A DNA stretch of 64,000 nucleotides from Bacteroidota bacterium (lineage in GTDB: Bacteria > Bacteroidota > Bacteroidia > UKL13-3): contig CANHVU010000001.1 in the NCBI GenBank assembly GCA_947464275.1, positions 122,993-186,992 on the forward strand. The letters run 5' to 3'. Each line of letters begins with the position of its first letter. Within the stretch, counting starts at the first letter, position 1. The translations under genes and the position numbers were made by a program. This document shows positions 1 to 10,283 of this stretch, piece by piece. Under the pieces are notes generated by a model. The model made no database searches. It saw only the letters and a program-made list of their open reading frames with translations, and was not told where the DNA came from.

Positions 1-329
1 ATTGGATTTATTTTTACTAAAATTTCATTTCTAAAACCTAATTGGCCAATTCCGAATTCAATTTTCTTTTGAGCAGTCATGTTAAAATGAACTCCATTGG
101 TTGCTGTTAAGCTGGGGTCAGTTGAATTATCTTTTACAGAGAGTATAGCTGAATAAGGTTGCAAAGTGCTATCCTGATTATAATTATACATTGCTATTAC
201 CACAGCAGAATTTTGATCTTTATGAGTAAAGTTTTGATAATCATCTTTATAGTCAAACCCAAACACAACTTGTGCATTTGCCCCTATAACCATTAAGACA
301 CTAATTATTGATAAGTATATTTTTTTCAT
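1..329 (-). CDS. secreted hypothetical protein, partial (N-terminal part in window, continues past position 1)
   Basis: The minus-strand ATG is the complement of cat at 327-329. The translation begins MKKIYLSIISVLMVIGANAQ, a typical signal peptide. No recognisable family. Confidence 0.4.
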   Translation of the reverse strand, partial: MKKIYLSIISVLMVIGANAQVVFGFDYKDDYQNFTHKDQNSAVVIAMYNYNQDSTLQPYSAILSVKDNSTDPSLTATNGVHFNMTAQKKIEFGIGQLGFRNEILVKINP

Positions 330-418
330 AATTAATTACATAAAAAGAATTACAATGATAATAATTTGATTGATTTTAGCAAAGCAAATTTAGTTGCAAG
401 CTACAAATAAAATTAAAA

Positions 419-2035
419 TTACCTTATCCTAATTTTTTCTCCTATTTTCAATTGTACTAAATTACTATTTAATTCCTTTAAATTTTTTACTGACACATTG
501 AATTTTCGGCTAATTGAAAATACTGTTTCACCTTTTTCTACTGTATAATAAATTGAATTACTTCCAGAATTATTTTCTGTATTTTTAACAGGAACCACTG
601 TTAACCTTTGGTCAATTTTTATGTTATTATTTTCAAGTGTATTTATGGCTTTTAAATCATTTACAGAAATGTTATAAAGTTTAGAAATACTAAATAAAGT
701 TTCTCCATGGCGAACAACATGATAACCAGGAACTGGCTGAGGCTCTTTTGTATCGGCACTTGGTAAATTAGGATTTACAATAAGTCTTTGGCCTATTTCA
801 ATATTATTGTTTTTCATAGCATTTAAAAATTGTAATGCGTCTACTTTAACATTGTATTTTTTTGCAATACTATAAAGTGTTTCACCTGTTTGAACCGTAT
901 GAAAAAAGGACAGCTCTGATTTTTTTTCTTCCAAAGTATCAAAATAGCTCAACGTGGTTTCATTAACAGGAAACATTGTTTCAATATTTTTTTTAGGATC
1001 TTCATAAACAGTCTCATTCAAAATAATGGTATCTACTTTAATCACATTTGGAGCTGTTTGAGTTTTTACAATTTCAACAGAGTCACGCTGTATAGCGGTG
1101 TCTGCGATTATTATTGCATTGGTTCGTTTAGTATTTAAATAAATTATTTGACCTGCAGCAGGTTGCTGATTTAAAACCAAGTTGTTACGTGAAAGTATTT
1201 TTTCTAATTTAATGGCGAAACGTTGTGAGATTTTATGGGTATTATCACCTTTTCCAAAGGTACAAGTTTCTACTTCTGCCTTATTTTTTTTGCTCTTTAA
1301 AAATATAGTGTCACCTTCATGGCACTCATCATCTTTTTGCAAATCATTGTATTTATATAGTTGAAATACTTTAATGTCATAATTTAAAGCTATTTGAGCA
1401 AAGCTTTCATTAGCTTTTGCCGTAATGGCTGGCACTCCATTAATCATAAATTCTTTGCCATAGGTTTTTATTACTTCTGCTTTCTCCTCTGCTTTTTCCT
1501 TTTCTTCTTCCTCACTTATTTTTACTTCATCATATTTATGTAATTTATGCTTTTCAATAAACGTAATAAGCAATTCAGGGTATTGGGGGTTGGTTGCATA
1601 TCCTGCTTTTTTTAGTCCGTAAGCCCAACTTTTATAATCCTTACTATCTAAATCAAACAAAAAAGCATAACGTTTATTATTCATTAAAAAATCAGAGTGA
1701 TCTCGGTAGCTATCTATTGCAGCATCATATTTCCTAAAACATTCTTGAGGAGCATCATCATCTTCATACAATGTTTTGCCTGTCCAAGTAGCTTTACACT
1801 TTATTCCGAAATGATTATTTGCTTCAGTTGACAACCTACTGTTTCCATTCCCACTTTCTAATATTCCTTGAGCCAATGTAATACTGGCTGGAATTCTACT
1901 TCTGTACATTTCTTCAATGGCTAAAGCAGAGTATTTTTCAATATATTGTTCAACTGTAATTTTGACCTTAACTTCCTCTTGGGCAAAACTATTAAGTGTA
2001 AAAATGCAGAATAATGTAAAAAAAATGTACTTCAT
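419..2035 (-). CDS. peptidoglycan hydrolase: N-terminal glucosaminidase (mannosyl-glycoprotein endo-beta-N-acetylglucosaminidase-like) plus multiple C-terminal LysM domains
   Basis: Signal peptide is present. The glucosaminidase motif LAQGILESGNGNSRL...NNHFGIK is followed by at least three LysM-like repeats (YTVEKGETVFSISRKFNVSVKNLKELN etc.). Confidence 0.7.
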   Translation of the reverse strand: MKYIFFTLFCIFTLNSFAQEEVKVKITVEQYIEKYSALAIEEMYRSRIPASITLAQGILESGNGNSRLSTEANNHFGIKCKATWTGKTLYEDDDAPQECFRKYDAAIDSYRDHSDFLMNNKRYAFLFDLDSKDYKSWAYGLKKAGYATNPQYPELLITFIEKHKLHKYDEVKISEEEEKEKAEEKAEVIKTYGKEFMINGVPAITAKANESFAQIALNYDIKVFQLYKYNDLQKDDECHEGDTIFLKSKKNKAEVETCTFGKGDNTHKISQRFAIKLEKILSRNNLVLNQQPAAGQIIYLNTKRTNAIIIADTAIQRDSVEIVKTQTAPNVIKVDTIILNETVYEDPKKNIETMFPVNETTLSYFDTLEEKKSELSFFHTVQTGETLYSIAKKYNVKVDALQFLNAMKNNNIEIGQRLIVNPNLPSADTKEPQPVPGYHVVRHGETLFSISKLYNISVNDLKAINTLENNNIKIDQRLTVVPVKNTENNSGSNSIYYTVEKGETVFSISRKFNVSVKNLKELNSNLVQLKIGEKIRIR

Positions 2036-2268
2036 AAAAATGTTTGATAATGCTAACTAACAAAACTAATGCCTAAAATATTTTTGTAAGTATATGATGT
2101 TCCATGCTTTACTAACAATTGCCTACAGTTGTTCAACAAAATATACGACAAAAAAGCCATTAAGTAAAATTTGTATTTACTCAATGGCTCCAATTTAGAT
2201 TTTTATAAAATCCAACTATTAATGCCTTAGATTTCAGAAAAGGCATTGTTTAACTCATAAATTCGTTA

Positions 2269-3714
2269 TTAAACTAAGTTCATTTTTATTCTTTTGCCAA
2301 TTTCTTCGATGTCGGCTCGGAATTTCTTGTCAGTTTCCATTAAGTCGTTTACTGTTTGGCAAGCATGAATAACAGTTGAGTGATCGCGTCCACCAAAGTG
2401 CATACCTATGGTTTTTAACGATGATTTGGTTAAATCTTTAGCATAATACATGCTTATTTGACGAGCTTGAACTATTTCGCGTTTTCTTGTTTTTGATTTT
2501 ACTTGTTCTACTGGAATGGTAAAATAATCACAAACTAATTTCTGAATAAATTCAATTGAAATTTCACGTGTATTGTTCTTCACAAAGTTTTTCAAAATTT
2601 GTTTAGCCAAATCAAGAGTTACTTCTTTTTTGTTTAACGATGATTGTGCTAACAAACTAACCAAAGCACCTTGTAATTCGCGCACATTGGTATTGATATT
2701 ATGTGCTACATATTCTACCACATCACGATGTAAGTTGATACCATCATTATACATCATATGTTCCAAAATAGCTAAACGAGTTTCAAAATCGGGCGACTGT
2801 ATATCGGCAGACAAACCCCATTTAAACCTGCTTAATAAACGCTCATCCATTCCTTTTAAGTCTTTAGGAGCTCTATCGCTTGTTAGAATTAATTGTTTGC
2901 CTTGTTGATGTAAATGATTAAAAATGGTAAAGAAAATTTCTTGTGTTTTTTGTTTGTTTTCCAAGAACTGAACATCATCTACAATTAATACATCTACTTG
3001 TTGGTAGTAGTTTAAAAAATCTTGATTTGAGTTATTGCGTATAGCTTCTACAAACTGATTAGTAAATTTTTCAATGGGAACATACAATACAATTTTGTTT
3101 TTGTTGTTTTGTTTCACCATGTTACCAATAGCGTGTACTAAGTGGGTTTTACCCATACCCGTTTCACCAAAAAACATCAATGGATTAAAGGCAGTTCCGC
3201 CCGGTTTAGAAGCTACCGACATTCCAGCTGCTCTAGCTAGGCGGTTGTTATCTCCTTCAATATAATTATCAAAAGTTAGGTTGTGATTTAAGTTAGCGTC
3301 AATATTTACCTTTTTTAAGCCTGGAATTACAAACGGGTTTTTAATGTTGGCATTCATAGCCATTCCTAAACCAGCCTCTTGAGAGTCCATTTTTGAACTT
3401 TGACTACCTGGCAAATTTACTATATAAGGATTTGAGTTGGAGGTACCGTTTTCAACAATAATATTGTATTCTAATCGTGCACCTGTACCTAAAATTTGTT
3501 TTAAAGTTTTTTTCAATAAGCTTACATAATGTTCTTCTAACCATTCGTAAAAAAACTGGCTAGGAACTTGAATAGTAAGGATTTTATTTTCTAATTTGAT
3601 GGGTTTGATTGGCTCAAACCAAGTTCTAAAGCTTTGAGGGTTCACATTATCTTGAATCAATTTCAAGCAATTATTCCACACTGTTTCACACGACTGTTCA
3701 CTCATAATATTCAT
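2269..3714 (-). CDS. dnaA: chromosomal replication initiator protein DnaA
   Basis: Walker A GETGMGKTHL, Walker B VDVLIVDDVQFL, and a C-terminal DNA-binding signature (...GGRDHSTVIHACQ). The track ORF extends to 3774 via a TTG. The ATG at 3714 (MNIMSEQ...) or 3705 is a more likely start. Confidence 0.9.
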   Translation of the reverse strand: MNIMSEQSCETVWNNCLKLIQDNVNPQSFRTWFEPIKPIKLENKILTIQVPSQFFYEWLEEHYVSLLKKTLKQILGTGARLEYNIIVENGTSNSNPYIVNLPGSQSSKMDSQEAGLGMAMNANIKNPFVIPGLKKVNIDANLNHNLTFDNYIEGDNNRLARAAGMSVASKPGGTAFNPLMFFGETGMGKTHLVHAIGNMVKQNNKNKIVLYVPIEKFTNQFVEAIRNNSNQDFLNYYQQVDVLIVDDVQFLENKQKTQEIFFTIFNHLHQQGKQLILTSDRAPKDLKGMDERLLSRFKWGLSADIQSPDFETRLAILEHMMYNDGINLHRDVVEYVAHNINTNVRELQGALVSLLAQSSLNKKEVTLDLAKQILKNFVKNNTREISIEFIQKLVCDYFTIPVEQVKSKTRKREIVQARQISMYYAKDLTKSSLKTIGMHFGGRDHSTVIHACQTVNDLMETDKKFRADIEEIGKRIKMNLV

Positions 3715-3963
3715 ACCTTTTTCCGACTGTAAAAGTGTGTTAAAAAGTTTACACAAAAAAGTTTTTTTCAACAATATTATCCGAATTGTGGTAAAAAAAA
3801 CTTTTGGTGCTGATTTATAGCTACAAATATTTTTTTGTTATTTTTTTGTTGCAAAATAGCTAACAATTTGTTTGCAAAATGTGCATTACTCAATGTTACA
3901 AATTAAATATAAAATATGATAATCAAACAGTTGCAATGCCTTGATAATACTATGTTTTCAACA

Positions 3964-4914
3964 TTATATGTTTGTATCTACAATATCAACATTATTTGAT
4001 GTGTGTATAAACCCGTTGATTTGTTGGTTGTTGAAAGTAAAATCTATTTTACCTAATGCCAATCCTGCCCATCCAACTTGGTTTACTATTACTTCTTTTC
4101 CAATGGCGTTTTTTACCAAAGTTGGTTCTTTTAAAAATGTGTGCGTATGACCACCAATTATTAAATCAACATGTTTGGTTTGTGGTGCAAGGCTTAAATC
4201 GCCTATTTTACCTTCTTTGTAATTATAACCAAGGTGCGATAAGCAAATCACCAAATCACATTTTTTTTCTTGTTTTAAATAAGCAGCTACTTTATTTAAA
4301 TTTTCTACAGGGTCGTTGTATTTAATTTTACCATATAATTTTTCAGGAACCAATCCTTTTAGTTCAATTCCAACTCCTGTAACGCCAATTTTTAAACCAC
4401 CTTTTTTATAAATTTTATACGGCAAAACTTTGTTTTCAAGCAGTGTATCTTTAAAATCGTAATTGCAGTTCACAAAATCGAAGGTAGCATGTGGCATTTG
4501 TTTAAATAAACCATCTATTCCGTTGTCAAAATCATGGTTTCCAAGAGTTACACAATCGTAACCCATTTGACTCATTAATTTATATTCTAACTCGCCACCA
4601 TAAAAATTAAAGTAAGGCGTACCTTGAAATATATCTCCAGCATCAAGTAGTAAAATGTTTTCATTTTCTGCTCGGTATTTTTTTATCAGCGCAGCTCTAA
4701 ATTCTGCTCCGCCCATTCCTCCATTGTTTTTATCGGTTTTATCAAATGATTCAATGCGACTGTGCCAATCGTTGGTATGTAAAATAGTTAATTTGGTAGT
4801 ACCATTAGCTGCCAATAATTGATTAATTGGCGAAGCCATAAAAGCAGAACCCGCCAATAAAATACCCGATTTTTTTATAAAATCACGTCTATTTGATTTG
4901 TTTAATTCTTCCAT
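3964..4914 (-). CDS. metallophosphatase (5'-nucleotidase N-terminal calcineurin-like domain) with Tat signal
   Basis: Tat motif is NRRDFIKKSG. Metallophosphoesterase motifs LTILHTNDWH, GDIFQG, GNHDFDNG are present. Confidence 0.75.
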   Translation of the reverse strand: MEELNKSNRRDFIKKSGILLAGSAFMASPINQLLAANGTTKLTILHTNDWHSRIESFDKTDKNNGGMGGAEFRAALIKKYRAENENILLLDAGDIFQGTPYFNFYGGELEYKLMSQMGYDCVTLGNHDFDNGIDGLFKQMPHATFDFVNCNYDFKDTLLENKVLPYKIYKKGGLKIGVTGVGIELKGLVPEKLYGKIKYNDPVENLNKVAAYLKQEKKCDLVICLSHLGYNYKEGKIGDLSLAPQTKHVDLIIGGHTHTFLKEPTLVKNAIGKEVIVNQVGWAGLALGKIDFTFNNQQINGFIHTSNNVDIVDTNI

Positions 4915-5677
4915 CTAATTGTATATTTATTGGTTGAGCACTTTTATTTCTGTTTCTTAATTGTTGGATCAATGCCTCGCGCACCATTAAGTTTAACGAT
5001 GTAATTGACTTAGCATATTTCATTGGTTCGGTTTTATCGCCACCGCTTGCTACATAGTCGTTGGTAAGGATGTTATAAACTGCATTCTCATCAAATGGTT
5101 GACCATTAATGGTAATGTTTACCGCCTTATTGTTTTCAATATCAAAACGCAATTCTTTAGAACAAGGAGCACCATTATTTTGAGCCATTAAATCAAACAA
5201 TTGTTTGCAATATTTACCTTCCAATGTTACTACCACCAATTCATTATCAAAGGGTGCTAGTTCAAATATTTTACCTACAGTTATGTTCCCTTTTGCTATG
5301 CTTCCAACGCGTAAACCACCATTATTATAAACACAAAACCGAGGTCCTAAATTGGTGTTTAGTTTATTTGTCAACGATAAGAAATTTATTTGTTTGTAAG
5401 CAAATGCCATCAATTCATCGCAAACAAAATTGCCCAACGTTCCTTCGGGTAAATCTTTTTTCAAGTCTTGGTTATTGTAACACAAAACTTCATTCATGGA
5501 GCTATCAAGCCTAGCTTTGTATGGCGCAATGGTTTTAAAAGCCAACTCATCTCGCATTTGCAGCGAGTCTTTGTTAATTTTTATGTTTTGAGTTTGGGTA
5601 TTGGTAAGTGTAAGCTTTGGCGCACAAGCAGTAAAGCTAAAAACCAATAGCAATGTTATAAAAAAAGTATTTTTCAC
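4889..5677 (-). CDS. 5'-nucleotidase C-terminal domain lipoprotein
   Basis: Lipoprotein signal is LLLVFSFTAC. 5'-nucleotidase_C-like motifs (GNFVCDELM, YNNGGLRVG) are present. It appears to use a GTG start. It overlaps the downstream metallophosphatase gene by 26 nt. Confidence 0.65.
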   Translation of the reverse strand: MKNTFFITLLLVFSFTACAPKLTLTNTQTQNIKINKDSLQMRDELAFKTIAPYKARLDSSMNEVLCYNNQDLKKDLPEGTLGNFVCDELMAFAYKQINFLSLTNKLNTNLGPRFCVYNNGGLRVGSIAKGNITVGKIFELAPFDNELVVVTLEGKYCKQLFDLMAQNNGAPCSKELRFDIENNKAVNITINGQPFDENAVYNILTNDYVASGGDKTEPMKYAKSITSLNLMVREALIQQLRNRNKSAQPINIQLDGRIKQIK

Positions 5678-5715
5678 AAGGCAAATATATTGATAGTATA
5701 TAAACTAGTTGTTAA

Positions 5716-6912
5716 TTAAACGGAGGTATTAAAATAATTTGCCAAATAATAACCCATGCTAAAATTAGCTTGTAGCAAATAACCTCCAGTTGGCGCATCC
5801 CAATCAAGCATTTCACCCAAACAAAAATGATTTGGTATTTTATTCAACTCTAAGTTAGTATTTACCTCGGTTAGCGCTATTCCACCAACAGTAGAAATGG
5901 CTTCATCAATAGGTGAAGTACCAGTAATTTTTAAAGGAAATGCTTTGATGTTTTCGGCCAATTGCTCTGCACTTAAAAATGCTTCTTTGCTCAAATAAGT
6001 TTTAAGTAATGCAATTTGAGGAGCGGGCATGTTTAAATCGTACTTTAAAATATCAGAGGTTGATTTTGACTCATTGCTCAGCTTTTTTTCAATGGCATAA
6101 AGCTGCAAGGTAGGTTTAAAATCAATGAGTAAATCTGCTTCGTTTTTAGCATTTAACTGGGTTCTAATTTTATGGCTCAAAGCATAAATGGCGCCACCTT
6201 CTAATCCTAATTTAGTAATAGCTAGTTCTCCCTTTTTGGTTAAGCTGCCACAAGTAGTCGCAATATTTTTTAAATACAAGCCTTCGTTTTCGGTAATAAA
6301 TTCTTGTAGCCAATCGATTTTAAAACCACAATTAGAGGCTTGAAAAGGCACGGTTTTAATACCTTTATCTTTAAATAAATTTACCCAATTACCATCAGAA
6401 CCTGTTTTAGCCCAACTTGCTCCTCCAAGCGCAAAAATGGTGTAATCTGGTCTAGCTGTTATGTTTTCGATAGGTGTTTTAAACAAATGGTTTTCGTTTT
6501 CCCATCCTAACCATTCATGTTGTGTTTTTATGGTTACATTATTGGCTGTTATTTTACTTATTATGGCATTTAACACTTCAATGGGCTTTATACCTTTTTC
6601 AGGAAAAACCCTTTTACTGCTGCCTGTAAAAGTTTCAATACCAATATCATATAGCCAACCTCTTAAATGGTCGTTATTAAATAATTCAAAGTAAGGTTTA
6701 ATAAATTTATTGGGAGTATATTTTTGAATAAATTCTTGAGGAACTTCACTATGAGTAATGTTTAAACCACCATCACCAGCTACTAAAAATTTGCGTCCAA
6801 CTGCAAAATTTTTTTCAAATATAGTTACCTCAAATTTTTCGGTATTTATTTGTGCAGCGAGCATCAATGCTGATGGTCCGCCTCCAATGATAGCTATTGT
6901 TTTTTTTGTCAT
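5716..6912 (-). CDS. NAD(P)/FAD-dependent oxidoreductase, HI0933/BaiN-like flavoprotein
   Basis: N-terminal Rossmann motif IAIIGGGPSALMLA. Length ~400 aa matches the family. Confidence 0.6.
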   Translation of the reverse strand: MTKKTIAIIGGGPSALMLAAQINTEKFEVTIFEKNFAVGRKFLVAGDGGLNITHSEVPQEFIQKYTPNKFIKPYFELFNNDHLRGWLYDIGIETFTGSSKRVFPEKGIKPIEVLNAIISKITANNVTIKTQHEWLGWENENHLFKTPIENITARPDYTIFALGGASWAKTGSDGNWVNLFKDKGIKTVPFQASNCGFKIDWLQEFITENEGLYLKNIATTCGSLTKKGELAITKLGLEGGAIYALSHKIRTQLNAKNEADLLIDFKPTLQLYAIEKKLSNESKSTSDILKYDLNMPAPQIALLKTYLSKEAFLSAEQLAENIKAFPLKITGTSPIDEAISTVGGIALTEVNTNLELNKIPNHFCLGEMLDWDAPTGGYLLQANFSMGYYLANYFNTSV

Positions 6913-7005
6913 GAATATAAAGGTGCAATTACGGCAAATTAAATTTAAATAATCCTTTGTTTGATGATATTAAGTTATAATTTTGAATAACCAGGTTCAA
7001 CATTT

Positions 7006-7521
7006 ATGATAAAAAAATTATTACTGGTATCAATTACATTTATACTTCTGACTGGCGATTCAAAGTATTTAATGGCGCAAGCTCACGAAAGGGGAAATGT
7101 ATTTACAAATGCTGGAATTATTTGGGGAATGAGGGGATATAATTATTCCGATATTTCAAGTAATGTTTTGGCCAATTTATCAATGGACTATGCATTAAGT
7201 GAGAGTGTGAGTTTAGGTGCACAATATGGGAAATCACTATTTAATAGAGAAAATGGCTCGTTTAATAACTCAATGAGTTTATATGCTGTTCGTTTGGGTT
7301 TTCACTTGTCTTCAAGCGATTATTTTGACCCATATATTAATCTATCACTTGGAACCATGACAAATAACTATAATAGCTATTATGGGATAGTTTATGATAA
7401 TTACACTGTTTTGGGTGTTAATTTAGGAACTCGTTATATGTTCAAGAAAAGTTTTGGTATTTTTGGAGACGTTGGAATTGGAATGGGGTTGATTTCGTTT
7501 GGATTAGTTGACAAATTTTAA
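7006..7521 (+). CDS. small outer-membrane beta-barrel protein (hypothetical)
   Basis: Signal peptide, alternating hydrophobic pattern, Gly/Tyr-rich, C-terminal F. Confidence 0.45.
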   Translation: MIKKLLLVSITFILLTGDSKYLMAQAHERGNVFTNAGIIWGMRGYNYSDISSNVLANLSMDYALSESVSLGAQYGKSLFNRENGSFNNSMSLYAVRLGFHLSSSDYFDPYINLSLGTMTNNYNSYYGIVYDNYTVLGVNLGTRYMFKKSFGIFGDVGIGMGLISFGLVDKF

Positions 7522-7572
7522 TTTAAGGTATTTGAGAGTTTTAATTTATATTTGTCAAATTTTATAATAAAT

Positions 7573-8592
7573 ATGTGTAGTTCAGTTACAAAAACAATTA
7601 TTTTTATAGTGAGTATTTTTTCATTTTTAAGTGTGAATGCACAAAAGAAAGTTTTTATGCCATGGTTTGAAACCATTAATTTAAAGGCCGACTTTAAGGT
7701 ATCGACCACTAAATTGTTAAAAGGATACATGGAAAATACAGGAAAGTACCAGGTTTTAAATCAATCAGCTAACGATACCATGGTTTATAATATGGATGAG
7801 ATAGAAACAGCCAAAACAGCCGCTAAGGATAAAAATGCTCAATATTTGGTAATGGGAACTTTAAATAGATTGGGTGAAATGGTTATTGTTAACATTCAAA
7901 TGTTTGATGTAAATACTGGAACTAAAGTTTGGTTTGATCAACTTAAAGCACTTACACCCGATGATTTAGACCCAATTTTACAACGTGTTGGTCAGAATAT
8001 TGGTAGTGAGTTTAAAGCTACAACTACTGATGATATTTATTCAGTTACCAATCAAGAAACCCAAGAGTTAAAGAAAAAAGAAAGCAATAATAGTTTTGGA
8101 GTTGGTATTAATGGAATTACTTTAATGGGTAACCAATCTAGCAGTTCACCATTAGCAGGTATAAGCTTGAATTGGAGTTTTGATGCTAGAGATTATATTT
8201 TTGATATAAAACCTTTTTGGACAGCAAATAAAGAAAGAAATTTAATTGGGATAAGTTTAGAAATGAATAAACCTTTTCATAGCAAAGGAAATACTCCATT
8301 TTTGGGTGGTGGTGTTTCGTTTTCAAGAACAGATATAACTCCTTTACCTGATTATTCAGGTGTTTCAAACACTAGTTCAAGTGGATATGGTTTGATGTTA
8401 ATAGCTGGAGGCGGTTATATTTTTAACAGAACTGGGTCTACATCTGTGCGAGTATCGGCTAATTATATGCAAGGTTTTTATGACGTAACTACTGGTAGTA
8501 ATTATAATTATGTTTCTAGTTCATCGTATAACAGAAATGATGGCTACACTTATGGAATTTTATTTCGTGTAGAAATTTTATTTAGACGATAA
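7573..8592 (+). CDS. hypothetical OM-associated protein with a TolB-N/CsgG/LpoB-like N-terminal domain and an S/T/Y/G-rich C-terminal beta-barrel-like region
   Basis: Signal peptide MCSSVTKTIIFIVSIFSFLSVNAQ. The N-domain pattern is YQVLNQ...AQYLVMGTLNRLGEMVIVNIQMFDVNTG. The C-terminus ends ...ILFRR. The track start at 7552 is a TTG; the ATG at 7573 is preferred. Confidence 0.4.
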   Translation: MCSSVTKTIIFIVSIFSFLSVNAQKKVFMPWFETINLKADFKVSTTKLLKGYMENTGKYQVLNQSANDTMVYNMDEIETAKTAAKDKNAQYLVMGTLNRLGEMVIVNIQMFDVNTGTKVWFDQLKALTPDDLDPILQRVGQNIGSEFKATTTDDIYSVTNQETQELKKKESNNSFGVGINGITLMGNQSSSSPLAGISLNWSFDARDYIFDIKPFWTANKERNLIGISLEMNKPFHSKGNTPFLGGGVSFSRTDITPLPDYSGVSNTSSSGYGLMLIAGGGYIFNRTGSTSVRVSANYMQGFYDVTTGSNYNYVSSSSYNRNDGYTYGILFRVEILFRR

Positions 8593-8597
8593 ATACA

Positions 8598-9008
8598 ATG
8601 AGAAAATCAATCATTTATTTAATTGTTGCCGTTGTTTTGCTTTCTTCTTGTGCTAATTCAATAATTACCGTTTCCGATAAAAGTAAACCATACTATATTT
8701 ATGTAAATAACCAGTTTAAAGGAATGTCAACCAGTAAAGTCGGCATTCAACGTTCTGGATTTCCACAAAAAAAACTGATTGAAATAAAAGATGCTAGAGG
8801 AAAAATTATTGCACACGAAAAAATTAGTCGCGATTTTAATACTTTTAAGTTTTTAGCAGGTTGGTTTTATTTATATCCTCTATGGTTTTTTATGTGGGAA
8901 TACGATAATAAAATAGAAATATACATTGACAAACAACAAACTAATGTTAATAATCAAAGTCCTTGGGATACCGATTCTACTAAAGTAAATAAAAGCCCTT
9001 GGGATTAG
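8598..9008 (+). CDS. hypothetical lipoprotein
   Basis: Lipobox LLSSC. No family recognised. C-terminal SPWD repeat. Confidence 0.4.
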   Translation: MRKSIIYLIVAVVLLSSCANSIITVSDKSKPYYIYVNNQFKGMSTSKVGIQRSGFPQKKLIEIKDARGKIIAHEKISRDFNTFKFLAGWFYLYPLWFFMWEYDNKIEIYIDKQQTNVNNQSPWDTDSTKVNKSPWD

Positions 9009-9392
9009 TTGTCGCTTATTTTTTGCTTTAAAAAAATATAACTAGGTTTTTATTGATAGGTCATAATTGTAAATCTTTCCAAATAATTTCCTTCATTAAC
9101 TCCTTCATTTTTCATCGTTAATTACTATTATTATAGGTATGAATTAGCAAGTAAACTAAAATAAACAGTTAAGAATAATTGTTTATTTATGACTAGAAAT
9201 TATTTCTATTACAGGTATTCCTTTTCATAATGTGTAAAGTTTCGCACAAATAAACCAAAACACAAATGGCTTATTTTCAGACAACAATAACTTTTACATT
9301 TGAAATATTCACTTTTCTATTAATAAATGTACAGTTTTCAAATCTTGACAAAAAAAATACAATTTATATATTTGATTTACATTTAAAGAACA

Positions 9393-10091
9393 ATGAAAAT
9401 GAAAAAAACATTATTAACATTAACAGCAGCATTAGTAGGAACTTTTGCCTTTGCTCAAAAACCTGTAATGGGATCAAAAACAGCTGAAGTTGTTTTAAAT
9501 TTACAAACTGGAACTTCAGGAATTAGTTATAATTTACCTGGAGAATTACGTTTACGTTATTTTATGGCTGATAAAATGGCTATAAGAGCACGTATTGGTT
9601 TAGGCTCTACTTCATCAACTGATAAAGTAAGCAATGCCGCAGGAACCACAACTGCAGAAATTAAAAAAAGCAGTGGTTTTGATATTATGCTTGCTCCAGG
9701 TATTGAAAAGCATTTTGCAGGAACCTCAAAATTATCGCCATATTATGGTGCGCAATTAATGTTTGGATACAGCACAGGTGCATCTACTGAAGTTTCAAAT
9801 GCAAATAACCCAACGCCAACAACGGGTTCAGTTAATAGTGGAGATTCATACAAAAGTAAAGATGGAAGTAACCTAGGTTTAGGTTTAGGTCTTTTATTAG
9901 GTGCTGATTACTATGTTACTGATGGTGTTTTTGTAGGAGGTGAAATGGGCTTAGGCTTATTTAACATGACCTCTGCAGGTGATGGTACAGAAAAAGTAAA
10001 TTCAGATCCTGAGACAAAAACACTTGGTGGTAGTACTTTCGACTTATTTGGAGTAACTACTGGTGGGGTTCGTTTAGGTTTTAGATTTTAA
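9393..10091 (+). CDS. outer-membrane beta-barrel protein (OmpA-N-like/porin-like)
   Basis: Signal peptide ends AFAQ. Gly-rich amphipathic strands. Terminal GVRLGFRF with C-terminal Phe. Confidence 0.55.
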   Translation: MKMKKTLLTLTAALVGTFAFAQKPVMGSKTAEVVLNLQTGTSGISYNLPGELRLRYFMADKMAIRARIGLGSTSSTDKVSNAAGTTTAEIKKSSGFDIMLAPGIEKHFAGTSKLSPYYGAQLMFGYSTGASTEVSNANNPTPTTGSVNSGDSYKSKDGSNLGLGLGLLLGADYYVTDGVFVGGEMGLGLFNMTSAGDGTEKVNSDPETKTLGGSTFDLFGVTTGGVRLGFRF

Positions 10092-10115
10092 TTATAACAC
10101 TTAAAAAATAAAAAA

Positions 10116-10146
10116 GGGCTGTCTCGAAAGGGCAGCCTTTTTTTGT
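10116..10146 (+). terminator. rho-independent terminator
   Basis: The stem-loop GGGCTGTC-TCGAAAG-GGCAGCC is followed by TTTTTTT. Confidence 0.7.
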
Positions 10147-10283
10147 AATCAAATTTTAGCCATAACCACTTTATTATACCGCTTATAAAAATACATAATA
10201 TTGCATTAAGCAATGAATTAAAAATAAACTTACTTTTCGCCTTTATTTAATATTGTTTATTGCAATTTATTTAACCTAATTTC

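Noticed and set aside
1182-3265. Antisense ORFs 1182-1364, 2573-2908 and 3074-3265 inside the glucosaminidase and dnaA genes
   Set aside because: They overlap confidently identified genes on the opposite strand. Low-complexity translations are typical of AT-rich antisense frames.
3964-5677. 5'-nucleotidase interpreted as a frameshifted pseudogene
   Set aside because: Domain order is reversed relative to fused UshA. Each part carries its own export signal (lipobox and Tat). This is consistent with two genuine genes.
9266-9487. 73-aa ORF overlapping the start of the OMP gene
   Set aside because: It is out of frame with the OMP gene, its translation is low-complexity, and it sits in the OMP's probable promoter/leader. 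Likely spurious.
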